In this document: positions 49,173 through 62,625 of the stretch, one piece after another | Position numbering within the stretch: the stretch's first letter is position 1 | Layout: each line of letters begins with the position of its first letter | Notes under the pieces: generated by a model | Databases searched by the model: none | Seen by the model: only the letters and a program-made list of their open reading frames with translations | What the model was told of the DNA's origin: nothing | Program-made: the position numbers and the translations under genes | Assembly (NCBI GenBank): GCA_973895155.1 | Contig: OZ316891.1 | Span: 2,223,324 to 2,287,323 of the forward strand | DNA: 64,000 bases | DNA from: Marsupella aquatica | Taxonomy: Eukaryota; Plantae; Marchantiophyta | Direction: 5' to 3'

Positions 49173-52100
49173 TCCAATATAGGACACCCTTAACCCGGGT
49201 ATGCAACTCCCCATATGACAAAGCAAGTTTTTAATTCCTTATAATGGGCTCATATCCAATTGTCCATGTTAGGTTTCATTTTAGCTATGAAACTCCTGTA
49301 CATGCGCTCTACTCAAGGAATCCAAAAATATATCTTAACATGTTTTGATGTAATTAACTAGATCAAAACCAACTTATATGGTTGTTTTTTAATTAACGGG
49401 TCTACAACCAGCTAGCCTGCTTTTAAAGATTTTAATAATAAAAACAACAACACAATTAGGAATATTTGTTAATTTTATTTGTAACAATAAGAAAATCTAA
49501 CCTTTTATATGATTTGAAAAGTTTTAAAAGTGGAAAACCCAGGTGTCTTTTTTAATTTTGATTTTTTTGTAGAACCAACTTTTAAGTCCATATAAAAATG
49601 CAGACCCCTGCTCATTATACAAGCATTGTGTAGTGTACCCGAGACCCTAAATCACAAAGTTGCTCCAAAGCCCAAAGACAACAGTGATTGGGCTCCCTCC
49701 TAAGCACACTTTACCTCCAAATACAAGGGCCCTACCCCAACCCCTAACCCTAAACCTTGAGTACACAGGCCATGTACCACCAGACATTGGGCTATAAATT
49801 GGACACGTGACCCAGCCATACAGGGACACTTATCATTGGCTATTTTCATACCCTTTTGGTTGAAAAATCACCAACAAATAAAAATAGTCTGTATTTTTTT
49901 CTAATAAGGACTGCCAGTTCATTAGGCCCTTGTTTCTTAAAACCCAAATTAAATTATAATTTCATTTTTGAAATTGACTGCTTAATATTTTCAGCTGCCT
50001 TAAAGCCAGCAAAATGCAGAATGGGACATGTGGTATTTATTGTAGGATTGATTATATTTTTGTCATTTTTGTTGGAATCGGTATTGGATATGTCTGGCCT
50101 TAGAAAACCATGAACCCGCAGGCAAAGTGGGACGTGTTGTCAAACAGTTTCTCAGTAGCCTCTCCTTCCGTTTTGATCACATCAAAAATCATAGAATTAA
50201 GCTCCTTGCACGTACTATCATGAGAGCCTTTAAGGTTTTTGCTCACCCACATTAATACATTCATTTGATGAAGTTATGATGAGTGAAAATCCATCAAACC
50301 CAGCCAAAAAATATATCAAGAAAATATTTGAGCAAGAAAATATTCACAGCAACATTTGAGCCAGAATTCAAGCTGATTTAAAATAGAAGCTGACAGAATC
50401 ACAATCAAGGAGCTGAAAGGGAGGGAGCCCAAAGGAAATGGAAGGGAATGAAATAACCTGAGTGGACAAAAGCTCCAAGTCATAGTTCAACTTGCAAAAT
50501 CAGATGCATCAAGAAACTCTGCCTTGTTGGCAAATTAATGCTTGCTGAAAGTTTGCCGTTCTATTCTTGCTGTCCAATTCGAAGAAATCACCCTTCAGAC
50601 CTCAGTATGTGAACCATTTTTTACCCGGCCCCAACCTCACCCTGGCCCCAACCCTGCCTAGACCTCAAACCGGGGGACCAGCTCGCTAGACCGAGGGAGT
50701 CCAGAGGACTCTAGGACCGGGAAAGTCCTAGGATCGGGACAAAGCTTGGGAAAGTTAGGGAATGTCTGGGAAATAATTCAGAATATGGGTCAAATGGGCA
50801 GCTTTTGGCCCATCATTTGACAATTTTATGTGTAGGGCAAGGCATCAAGAGTCAGGTTAAAAGGGGCCTGTGAAGTACATATTAGTCCTCCCTTTATACA
50901 TGGAAAGTATAGGTTTATGGTAACTGTATAGAAAAATCTATAACTACCTGGCTGGGTATAGGAAGAGCCAATATACCAGCCCGGCTTACAAGGAGTTGCC
51001 ATAATTGATGTTGTGGGCCCGGGTATTGCAATACCTTACTTTTGCCGCGCTGCAATTTGGTGCCGTGATAGCAGATCCCGTCTGCTAGGCCCGGTATGCA
51101 GTCCCTTACTTTTGTCGGGGTTACAACTCAAGCAGAGTACACGTGGCGATGGGATCTTAGGGAAACGATGTAGCTACAACTTTCTCCCTGAGGATGATTG
51201 TGGCAGACCCCTGAGCCTTTGTGTAAAATGCGAGTTCAGACCAGTGGGTTTAAGAGGCGGGGCTACCAGCAATCCCCAGACCACTTTTCTGCCAGGATCT
51301 TCAATTTAGCTAAACACTTCAAATTGTTGCTTGTGCCTCCATCAGCTCTTCTATTCACGGTTTGAGAGATATTCAATTGGTACATGACATAGGGAAAGGT
51401 ATCTACACCCAACGAGTTACCAATCGCCTCACTAACTTGAGTTCGTACGAGTAAACGGGCAATAGGCAGGATTCTTACTGGGTAAGCAGATCGTGCTTTT
51501 GGGCGTAGTGTTAATGCCTGCTGCTGTTAGTGCATAACTTAAAGGTGTTCGTGTACTTGTCTTCGGTACTGTGATGGTGCAATCGAGAAATACTACTCGC
51601 AAGGATTCCTAAAAGACTCTAGTCTACTTGCATCGGTGCATACGATTTCACACTCGCACAATTGTTACTTGTAATCTGAATTCCCACCCGCACATTGAGA
51701 AGTGGAAGAGTCCCGCTGATGCCGCTTGCTCGTGCTCACTGACAAGTAGAGGAGTCCCCATTGGGTGCGGGCGAATTCGTCCTAATCTACAATAGAGTGG
51801 GCTCCCGACACAGCCATCGCCTGTGCTGTGTAGTTTTTGTCGAGGTCCTATTGTTGTCCGACAACGAAGTCAGGATGGCTGATCAGAATGATGTAAGTGG
51901 TGGTCTCTCTTGCCGTGCCTTTACTCCGCTAGCTCGAATTGAAATTCCAACTTACTAGCTCTCCCTCTTGCGTGCAATCATTCGTCGCTCCAAGCTATCC
52001 AAGCTATCAGCTTCAATTTCGAAAACGGATGACTCATGCCTGATATATATGTGAATGTTTCAGATCTTTACTTCTACCGAGCCGCCTGTTTGGCTGAACT

Positions 52101-54630
52101 GCACCGATGAGGTCCAGAACTCCAGGCTTCCAGCAAGGCATTCGAGCCCTACAGTTGCGGTATTCTCTCTTCCTTTCAGTACCTTTCTTCAGCGTGTTAC
52201 AATCTTGTAGGTTACCATTCTAGTGCTTGTTTATGCTTTGACCATGCTCCTTGCCATTGACTGTTACATTTGCTACATGCATCGATTCAGGGTCTTTGTG
52301 TTCCTGGATTCGCAGACATTCACGGATTTTCGGGTTGGTCATCACATAGCTCAGGTAAGCTTTCTTTGAATTCAAACAGGCGCTGAGCTGGTTGATCGAG
52401 AAATCAAAACCTTCTATATGCTTTTGCATGGTCCATGAGAGTTACTTGTCTCGAGAATAGAGAAGGCTCGCTTTGAGAAACGAGTGGTAGTCTAGCAACG
52501 GTTGCTGTCGAGGATAGTGTTCTCGGGTGACAAGGATAGCGCGGAAAGGTGAACCCAACATTGCTTGATGGAGCTGGGAAGATATCGATCTGCTTTCCCT
52601 CAGCTCTAAGCATCATTTGGCTAGGTAGAGCTGGCGATGACCTAATGTAGGTTCGTGCAATTTCGGATTGTCAAGCGCGATCGTTTTGGGACAGTAGAGA
52701 TTCAGATTGCTCATCTGCTGGGATGTCCTGAATGATGGCTCTAATTCTTATCAGAACTGCGGCTGGCAAACAGGTGTCGAATCCAGGCATCAAAGTTGGT
52801 GACGTCTGGAAACAGATACATTGCAAAATATGCGGAGCTTTCACTTTCCAAGACAATTCACTAAGGACATGATTGTGAGCAAAATAGATCCTAGCTTCTT
52901 ACAACTGAGAAAGCATACCTATATTTAACCGGGTTTTAACCGGGTATTGAACGGCATGTGTGATAACTCGGGCTGGAAGAGTTGCATTCATTTGCAAGTT
53001 CAGATGGAAGAATATTCAATTGGCGAGGACGTCGTCACACTACACTTGCCTTGGCGTTTCCTTGAGGTACATCAAACTTTGGACGGATGAAAGTCTCGGA
53101 CAAGATCCTCCAAGATCGGGTCGCCGTTGTCACAAGTCGGAACACAAGCAGTTGACAAGTCTAATGAACCTATATACATTTTTGCTCTTTTCAAGTAATA
53201 TCAGCAGCTCTTGAGTGCAGAACCTTACGTAAAGTGGGAGAAGCCTGGCACAATGACTCTCATTTCCTCATAGCAGGTGCGCTTCAGAAGCCAGCTGCCG
53301 GGAGATTTGGCGAAGTGCTAATTCCTCGTAGCCTCCCATTGTGGTTTCGGCGCAACAATATGCGTCATTCCAATAGTCGTCTATTCAGGAAACTCTCTCA
53401 TTTTTGGCAGAAGAGATTCGGCATACGAGTTCACGAAGATTTTGTGCTATAATCCGGAGGTTGGCAGGCGACAACCTACAGTAGTTGGTAGCCAAAACTG
53501 GCTATCAGGTGAACAATGTACATTGATTGCTTGGGCAGGTTTGCACTGCAGTCGTCTTAGTTTAATTTTTCAGTCAAATAAGCGACAATTGTTCCTTATT
53601 TGATCGAGCTGTAATCATTGGCTCATTGGCTGGTGCTCAATTCTTTCCTTCAAGATCTGAATCACTCATTTTCATTGAACAATAAAGCAGAAGAAACGTG
53701 TGTATCATTAGAGGTTACTTTGCGCCGAGTTCACAAAAATGTTCGCTTCAATCTGGCTCTATAGTTCTCCAGGAGTCAATTGCTCGGTCCCTGCGATTTC
53801 ACACATTGAATATTGCTTTGGCGCACCCGGGTGCTTTGAAAAGTTCCCTTTCAAGGTTGCATATGTTTGGCTCCAAAGATATTGCATACGAGTGATCGAT
53901 TGAGTAATAACTGTTGTGCGGTTGGATTTATTTGAATACGGCTTTGAATGCATGCTAGTTACGACAGAAAAGGGAGGCGTCCAGCCCATATTGGTATGCA
54001 AACTTTTAAGTTTTTACATTTACCCACCAGCTGCAATTCTCTATCTTGTTCTGGATGGTATCCTGTCCCTTTTACTTGGCTGCCTGTGTCCATGAGTAAT
54101 TCCAATGAGAATGCCTGCAACACACACGTACGCGTAACTGTGTGATCGTTTATTCAAATGCTTGTCAACGGCACTTGGACAAGATGACCGGCGCAAGGGA
54201 TCCAGGTTTCCCAATGATGGTTCATTGGAGTAGCAATCAACCCCTTGGACTGGCAATCAACCTCAAAGTTTGCGTTGAATAGATGAGGTGGCTGGTCGTC
54301 CTGGGTACGTGTGCGCTCATGCTACTTAGGTTACTACTGGTCTTTCAAATCGTCCTCAAAGCCGGTCTCAAAAGTCTGCTCAACTTGTCTTTCGAAACAG
54401 CAGTCACACATAATTATGATGCATAACACCCAGCATTCATGCGTTTTGATCAACGTATTCCCAAGTTATTAATTACAATACAGTAATGTATATGGCATGC
54501 ACAAGAGATGAAAACGAAATCTCGGGGTGCATAAAATCTTTTAGTCCACAAGCGAAATATTTTCTCTAGGCTTCTGTAATGTATGATCTTTCCGCTCGCT
54601 GTGCCGGCCAGCCAAGTGATTGCTAGTGCA

Positions 54631-54945
54631 GGTTACTCTTGTCCTCAATGCTTGCAAATAATCAACGCCGATAATTGGTTAGTCTATAATGCTCAACCAG
54701 ATCTGGACTATTGCTAGCTGGCTGATGTCTGGACCGTAACTCCGACACTTCTTAATGAAATTTGAAGATGTGAGGCTCCAGCTGCTGGTTACTCTCGTCC
54801 TCAATGCTTGCAAATAATCAACGCCGATTATTAATTAGACTATAATGATCAACCAGATCTGGACTATTGCCAGCTGGATGATGTCTGGACCGTAAGCCCG
54901 TCAATTCTTAACGAAATTCGAAGAGATGAGGCTCCAAGCTGCTGC
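54631..54945. repeat. Tandem duplication, about 156-bp unit x2
   Basis: ggttactct.gtcctcaatgcttgcaaataatcaacgccgat...ccagatctggactattgc at 54631 and 54787. Confidence 0.9.
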
Positions 54946-57900
54946 CAGATAAGTTTAGTTTATTCCGGGTTTATTCCGAAACAAAAGAAGAGGAAAAAGT
55001 CTAACCCCCTTGAGAAAATACGTTACTCTCTGCTACCAACTCGACATTCTGTTGTGCCTTCAGAAAAAGACTTCATGGGTGACAGGAGGCAAAAGCCCTC
55101 AAGGAGGCAAAAGCGGCAAAAGCCCTGAGGAGACAACAGCCCTCTGGTCTGGTTGCCCAGGACACCTGCAAGAAATGGGGCCCTTCCCCTCAACTTCGCT
55201 CTAGGTCCTCGGGCTCCAAAAAGTCCTTTACTTGTCGAGGGACCAGACTGGAGGTGTCTTGCCTCCCAGGGCCCCACCAAGTCCCTTTTCCTAACCTTTC
55301 AGCTGTTTTTCTTTCAAGTTTTTGAGCAATTTTCACTCGACTTCGTTCCAGATCCTATGGTTCCCAGAAAGTCCTTTTCTAAGTTGGGGGACCACACTGG
55401 AGGTTTTTTGCCTCCCAGGGACCCTTCAAGTCTTTTCTGAACAGTCAGACGTTATTCTTATAATTTTTTAACCAATTTCACTCACATTAACGAGAAAATC
55501 GCAGTACGTCTTGTGATGCTAGTTTGACTCTTAGCTCGCACCACGTTTAGTGCTAGGTTTGGTTTCACCTCGGTTGAGTTAATAATGTTTTGTAATGTGT
55601 TCACCATCACCAATGTTATGATTTCTAAGCACTGCACTTAAGAATGTTTGAACTTCTTGAAGCACCTTATCCTCTAACTCTAGACGTAGGGGAACCAAAG
55701 TAGTAAAATAATCTACTAACTCTAGGCAGTAGGGGAACAAAAGTAGTAAAATAATGTCCGAGCTATACTAGCAGCTTCTCCAAAAATAGTAGGGTTCCAA
55801 ACTGTTATCAACACTCGACAATAAACGAAGAGAGAGAAAGTATTGGGGTTAGCAATAACGGAATCTTGCAGGCTTGTTTCAGGAGTCTAATAATTTCATT
55901 GGTGATTTGTACCGTACACCGGCGCCTTGAGCACGTTCAAATATAAAGTTCAGTAAACTGTAAAGAAGAGAAACATGTTTGCTGACAATCATTTGGCACG
56001 ATAAAGTCGAGTTTCATACTACCTTTTATACTTTCAACATCAATACAGGGAGGAAACGCCATAAAATTGCAAAAAATGCAACTCCTTAGTGCACTTGAGA
56101 TACTTGATGAACCCTAAAATGCAAAGTGTTTCTTGATGGACCCACGAGTGATCCAGACAATTGATGGATCTCAAATCAATGTACCCAAATGCTCATGGGG
56201 TGACATTTCAACTCAGGGGTCCATCAAGTATATGTCTCCCTCTTGACTGTAGTGCTTGCTTCTCACCTCCATGATAAGTGTTTATCACTGCCATGCTTTC
56301 TGGTAATTGCATTTCAAACTGTGATAATATGCTCTTTACAATGAACAACACTGAGTGATTTCATTGGTTTAGCATGGTAAGAAGTGACATCATACACCAT
56401 TCATTATCATATTTTGTACATGACAGATGTTGATGTGCAATTATAGGGATGCTATTGCCATCCTGTACGAAAGTATGACATTGTATCAGGATGTGACAAA
56501 ATCAGTCAGGGGTTGATGCAAGCACTTAACTATTCCCTTGGCACTGGCCTCACTGGATTTCTTCACATTTGGGCCTCTTATCCAGAAGAAGCAATCTCCC
56601 ATTGTTTATGTTCACAAATAGAACTCTACTACTTTCCACAATGGATATGTGGAAAATATTTTTTTCTACCATCTCAAGTCTGCTCCACCTTGCCACTTCT
56701 TTTCTTAAAAGAAGTCATGCTAAAGAGCACCAGGAAGAGCACTACCGTTCTCCTTAGTTCATAGTGCCATGGCCCTGTATTTGAATAGTGGGCCATGGGG
56801 CACTCTTTCTGAATAGTGTATCCTGGGCGTTATGTTCAAGTTTGACTATGTTTTTTCATTTTCTGCACTTGCAGGGCCTTGTGTTTGAAATGGGCATGGT
56901 GGGTGTGTTTGAATAGTGGCATTGTCATATGATCCCTGAATTAACGTGCACCAAATGTGCTCAATGTAAAACAGTTTACCAGGGTCAAACCTCAAACACG
57001 GCATCCAACTCAAACACAATTATGTCAATATTCAATTACAATCATGGTTGGGCATTGTGTAAAGAAGACGGTGTGTTCAAGTTCAAATGTGCTTTTTGTC
57101 ACATGAAGGACCCAAAATTTTCCATTTTCAAACGCGGCATCATGGCATTGTGTTTGAGAGATGGCAAGATGATAGTGGCATGGGAGGGCATCTCCAGTGG
57201 CGGCCTGCTTTTGCTTGTAACCTCCAAGAAACAAATGAATATAGTGGGTGAGATTTCCAGATTTTGTCTCACACTGGTACTCTAAATGAGCAAATTGATG
57301 GAGGTCAACCACACAGATGGTCTTTGCCAACTGCCAAACTTGCCAAGAGTGGTGGTCCGCTGTCTAGTCTTCCTTCACCAAAAGTGATCGACAGGGAAAA
57401 AATAGTCCATAAGCCATTCTCAATGGCTACTTGGACCATTTCATGGAAAATACTACACACATCACACATATGGTAGACATTTAGTCTGAGATCTAAAGCC
57501 CAGTCTCAAGTTAACCATAGTCAAGTATTGGTCTGAGCGGGGGGTACCATATCACACACAAAGTTTTGTGGGAATAAACACCCTAAAATTTAATAAATAA
57601 AAAATATTTTTAAGGGATTATTTACCCCTATATTTTGGAATATTCTTGGAATATTATCATCTTTAAGTTTTAAAAATGGTATGATAACTATAATTCTCAA
57701 AACTGGATAAAAACACCCCTAATATTCTTCCACAAAAATATAAAATGTTTTAACTAAACCCAAAAGAAACCTTATACTAGTTTAGTGAAGCTACCTTGGT
57801 TGTTCAGGTGGACACAGCCTCTAGAGTGATGAGCCACATATTTCTTGAATGAGTCGATGACTTGAGTGTTGGTTAGCTGTTGCACATGCATGATTATAGT

Positions 57901-57949
57901 CCCGATTACAGTGCATGTGTGTTATCTTTGAGTAGCGGTCGTTTGCTTA

Positions 57950-58028
57950 ACAACATAGGAACATTGCACCATCATGACTGAGGTTATCTACAACATAGGA
58001 ACATTGCACCATCATGACTGAGGTTATC
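57950..58028. repeat. About 40-bp tandem duplication
   Basis: acaacataggaacattgcaccatcatgactgaggttatct x2. Confidence 0.9.
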
Positions 58029-61000
58029 TGGGGGTTTTGACTCTGGGATAGGGGTGGTGGTATTTTCCAGGCAGCCAAAAGAATCTGGCGGCAAATCTAT
58101 ATGATTGGCAGATGAAAATCTCTTGACATTTATTTTTTGCCTTGAAAGATCATTTGGAATTCCATAATCTCTTGACATTTGGAGATGCTCTAAATAAGGC
58201 CCACACTACCATAAAAAAAGAACATTGTTGAGCATTAAATCATTATGTAAACAAGCTGTGTTTGAGTGCGTAATTTCTATGAAACTATAGTGGGCTGGCT
58301 GCAGATGAATAGAGTTCATTTGGGAAACAGTCAGATCTTCTTACTACTATAATACCCTATCCCGCCAAAAGTGGTGTATCTCCGGTTTACAAAATCACTT
58401 TTGGAGGAAAGATTCCATAACCATTGGATTTATGAGCTCTTTTATTCTTATCCTAGCCTTTCATTTGTCAAAAAATAATCTGCCTAACCCAAAGCAAACA
58501 AGACAAAGTATTTTGGTATGCACAAAGATTCCCAAGAAGGGCATGATGGCATAAGCTTTATGTGACTGCCATGTGCTGCCATTGGAATGGGGGCACTTGG
58601 GACACCATTATGAGGGGATAGGGACTAGGAGACATAAAGGTCAAAGTAAGGAGTGAAATTAACGATACGCCCATGAGTGAAGGGGATGAATAGTACCATA
58701 CCTTCCCATACATTTCCTTCTAGAAATCACAAGTTTCGCATTAAACGGTGTCGAGTTGCGCCTCCTCCGTTAGCCGGTAGCTGTCGGTAGCCGGTAATTG
58801 CCTGTAGACTAAAAACAAATACGTAAAGAACGCTTCTGTGCATTGGCAGTCCATGGGCTACCGGTTAACTCAGAAGAGTGGGAACTCTCAGGTGTTAGGT
58901 TCAAATCTCACTATGAGCTTTTTAACATTCACCCGCCCCAAAAGTGGGGTTCAGACGCCTCTTATTACAGTCATAAGTTGAGTTTGATTCCCCTGGGCCC
59001 TTAGCTTAACTAATTTAGGGACCCTCGTGCGAACAGCTCAAGGGGTTTTTTAATCCCATTTTCAACTAATTGTTATAATTGTTATAACCTAAGAAGCCCC
59101 TATTTAATGATGTTTTTGATTATAACCAATGTAGGGGTTATTAAAAAAATATCCCAAGTCGCATTTCGCAAGGGTATGTAATATGGGCTTGCCACAAGTC
59201 AACATCGGATTGGTACAGGATGTCTAGACATTGTAGAGTGGACATGGTTTAATATGTGCCCAAATACATGCCTATAATAAGCACACTTTTGGAGAATTTA
59301 ATAGACGGCCAAGATTTCTTTTATGGGTATTGAGCGCTCTAGATCGAGGGAGTGTTTGAAGTGATGCTAGGGAGTGTTTGAACATGATGTTGGGGATGCT
59401 AGCGCCTTCTTGGAATGCTGGTGCCACTTTGAAGGGACAAAGAAGAGCATTCTTGGAAGGAAGACCGCGCTGCTTTGGAAGGTAGGGGATGGTCCTCGTA
59501 TTTACTTCTCTAAGCTGTGTCTGTCAATAGTTTCCTTTCCCAGGCTCTGTCGTCAATAGTGGATTCACAATCTTAGACTTCCCTTTGGTAGATTGTTCCG
59601 TTGAACATCTTTTCTTGCAGCTGTCTTGGATCTTTCTTTATTTAGCATCGTTCTTGATCAACTGCTCTTGTGCCTCATGAATTGCGCTGGCTGCTCTCAA
59701 AATGCGATTAGAGAATTTTCAGTATTCTAAATTTTGGTGATTGATTTTCATGCCTGGATTGTAGTTTGGAGGGGTCTATGTTCTATCTCAATTTTATGTA
59801 CGCGTCCGAACTTCTGCCAGGATGAAACACATTATTTAGAAGAAGAGCTTGACTCAATTGTGGCGGCTATGTCACCAATCAATGGAGTTTGTGGTTGTGT
59901 GCACTGTTCAAGCAGATTGTCGTCTCAGGTGTTCGCTCAAATATATTTCATAAAACCTGCAAGGTCCGGGACTCGCAATCAATGCAGTGAATGGTAGATA
60001 GTCACTGGGAAAGAGCGACGCTCCGGCTTGAGGTTCTGAGTCTGACAGGGTGCCATTATGATTTCATTAGGCTCGGCTCCATGTGTTTGCAAATATATAA
60101 TGCAAACGACATGATTTGGGTCGCTGACATGTTGGCTTATTGTTTATCTAGGAGGGAAGTGTATGGCCATCAACTTCGGAGCTACCCGATGGGAATGACC
60201 TTCAAGATGAGCACGGATCTGGCATGACAACTTCTCGGATGTGTTAATACTGATCGTAAAGCCCCGGGTAAAGCCCCTGCAGATTTTCCACGGTCAAACA
60301 GGTATTGATTGTGAGGTGCAAGGCGAGTTGGAGGAGATATCGACACCTTTTGTGAACAAGCGTTTCCACATTGCTGAGGTAATGCCACCTGTGAACCGTT
60401 CTCAGCTTCTCCTGCAATTCTTCAGCTTTCTTGGAAGCATTCTCTATTGAGAGTCGTTCGTCTTGTACTGCATTCCCTTGCAAAAACTCGATCTTCTTTC
60501 TGCCCAGCCTTAGCCGTTTCTGAGGTTTCGTCAACTCCTCGCCTTTCTCTGCCTATTTTGATCGTAGAAGATCTTGTTCCAGTTTGCTTTTGACTACCGT
60601 ACGTAGCCCCTGCAAAGTGCACATTGTTTTTTGAGTTTCGTTGCTACTGTCAAGAACCTGTTGATGCTCAAATACAATGGCGGACATGGGCAAAAGGAAT
60701 TGACTTTAGTTGTTTACAGATTTTCTAATAACAGCAACTTGGCAGACTTGGGCTGCCGGCACAAATGGAAGCAAAGAATTGAGACTAGAGAGATTCCAGT
60801 GCCATGCCCAACTCAGAAGCTGAGTTCTTTCGAATAAAAATGACCAGGTTTCTTTGAGCCACAATACCGGACGTGGTATTGCAAGCTAGTGTGGAGCAGC
60901 AATACCGGACGTGCTTCTGTCTGCGTACCTTCTACCCCCCAATTGCTTTCAATCGATCCCTTCAAGTCCAGGCTCCAAGGCGTTGTAACATTACGACTGA

Positions 61001-61867
61001 TGTTTGCCAAAAATGCTCCCATTTACTGACGGCCCTACCCTCCGGGCAAGCATTCCCTGATGACCCTACTTGCGGTACGTACGTCTCCTGGCTAGACCTC
61101 TCTTTATTTGACGTTTTTACTTGCCAAAGCATATGTCGTCCTACATTTGTTATAATAATGTCTACTTGTTCTTTGGTGTTCTTCGCAACAGATTTCCACC
61201 TTTAGTCGTAGAATTTGTTAAGAACACTTTGAACGTTTACCTTTGCGCTTGAATGGAGAGGAAGTTTTCTAGAAAGGATCGCCTCCGCGCAACAATAATT
61301 GAATGCTCTCAAGTCATCCCAGTCCGAGCACACTTCACCTCAACCAACGATAGCAAACGAATTTGCAGGCGGGTACTTACACTAGTCTAGTTAAGTCCGG
61401 TGTCAACCATGGCAGTCATCAAAATCAGCAGTCTAGGAAGACAAGATTGCGAGTTTCGACTGTACACGATTTCTTTGCAGAACTGCCGTATGGAGCTAAG
61501 CCTGGAAGGGATTGAGAAGATAGGAATAGATCAAAGAGCAGGGTCCATGAAATAATTTTCTCACTATGGAAGTTCAACTTTCACGTTCGCTTGTGTGGGG
61601 TCCGATCAATCCACGGCTCCAATCCGCCACTTCCGCCCATCAATCCTGGAAGAAATTGATGGCCCATTCTTGGTAACTTCCAGTCTGATTGTTCTTCTCG
61701 AGCTCCTTTCAGCCGGCTGAAGTCGTCTCACGGCTTTGAGCGCTCTCACCCGATCCGAGAATTGAGAAATCTAACCTGTCGATGGCGCATCGTACCAACT
61801 TGGCATTCTCCATTTCTCAAAAGAGGGCGAGGACCGGGGCGAGGATGGAAGTACAGCAGGAAGCACC

Positions 61868-62625
61868 AGTAGTAGTAGTAGTAGTTAGTAGTACTTCGGC
61901 AGGCTGCTCATCAATGAATTCGTTCGAGACTTCAAGCTTTCCGAGCAGCACCAATCCACAAACGTCCAAGACGTTCTCATCCGGCTCGCCACTACAAAGT
62001 TCGGCAGGCTCTCAAGTCAGGCTCTCATTGTCATCTACAGAGTTCGGCAGGCTCTCAAGTCAGCAGTAGTAGTAGTAGTAGTACTCCTACTACGCACATA
62101 ACGTGTTCCATAAAACCAGCTTTCAATACTCCTTCAACAAATTGCTGATTGTTGTCGCGTAACACGTAAGTCCTGAGATTCAACTATAGTCTAACAAACC
62201 GCGGATTGTTATCATATAATCCAACTTTGCTGGATATCACAGATATATCTCACAGATATGAAAGACTTCATTCAAGAATGTTTCAATGACACACCGGTTA
62301 CCTTCTGGTAGAGCAGAATCAGATACACTGCAGGTGTTCTGGTAGAGCAGAATCAGATACACTGCAGGTGCGGGAAGCTTTCAAAAGACCATGGCTGCCT
62401 CCAGGGGTTCGCAAGAGAACGAAGCCCCATATAATCATCAGGGAGACGATCACAGGGGAATTTACCTTCTGGTGTACCTTATACACAACAAACCACGAGG
62501 GTTTGGAACAAGCTGGACTTCTTGAACCACCAGATCTCAGGCAGCAGCAGTAGTAGTAGTGGCTAGTAGTACTTCGGCAGGCTGCTCATCAATGAATTTG
62601 TTTGAGACTTCAAGCTTTCCAAGCG
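61868..62625. repeat. Direct repeats with (GTA)n microsatellites and an internal 34-bp tandem duplication
   Basis: (gta)n-tagtagtacttcggcaggctgctcatcaatgaatt...gagacttcaagctttcc at about 61870 and about 62550; ttctggtagagcagaatcagatacactgcaggtg x2 at 62303-62370. Confidence 0.8.

Noticed and set aside
50608-51390. Possible LTR with primer-binding site (tggtacatg at about 51378)
   Set aside because: No partner LTR, TSD or convincing tRNA complementarity.
58855-58925. tRNA gene
   Set aside because: A-box-like (taactcag) and B-box-like (ggttcaaatc) words exist but no cloverleaf or acceptor stem can be built; at most a SINE relic.
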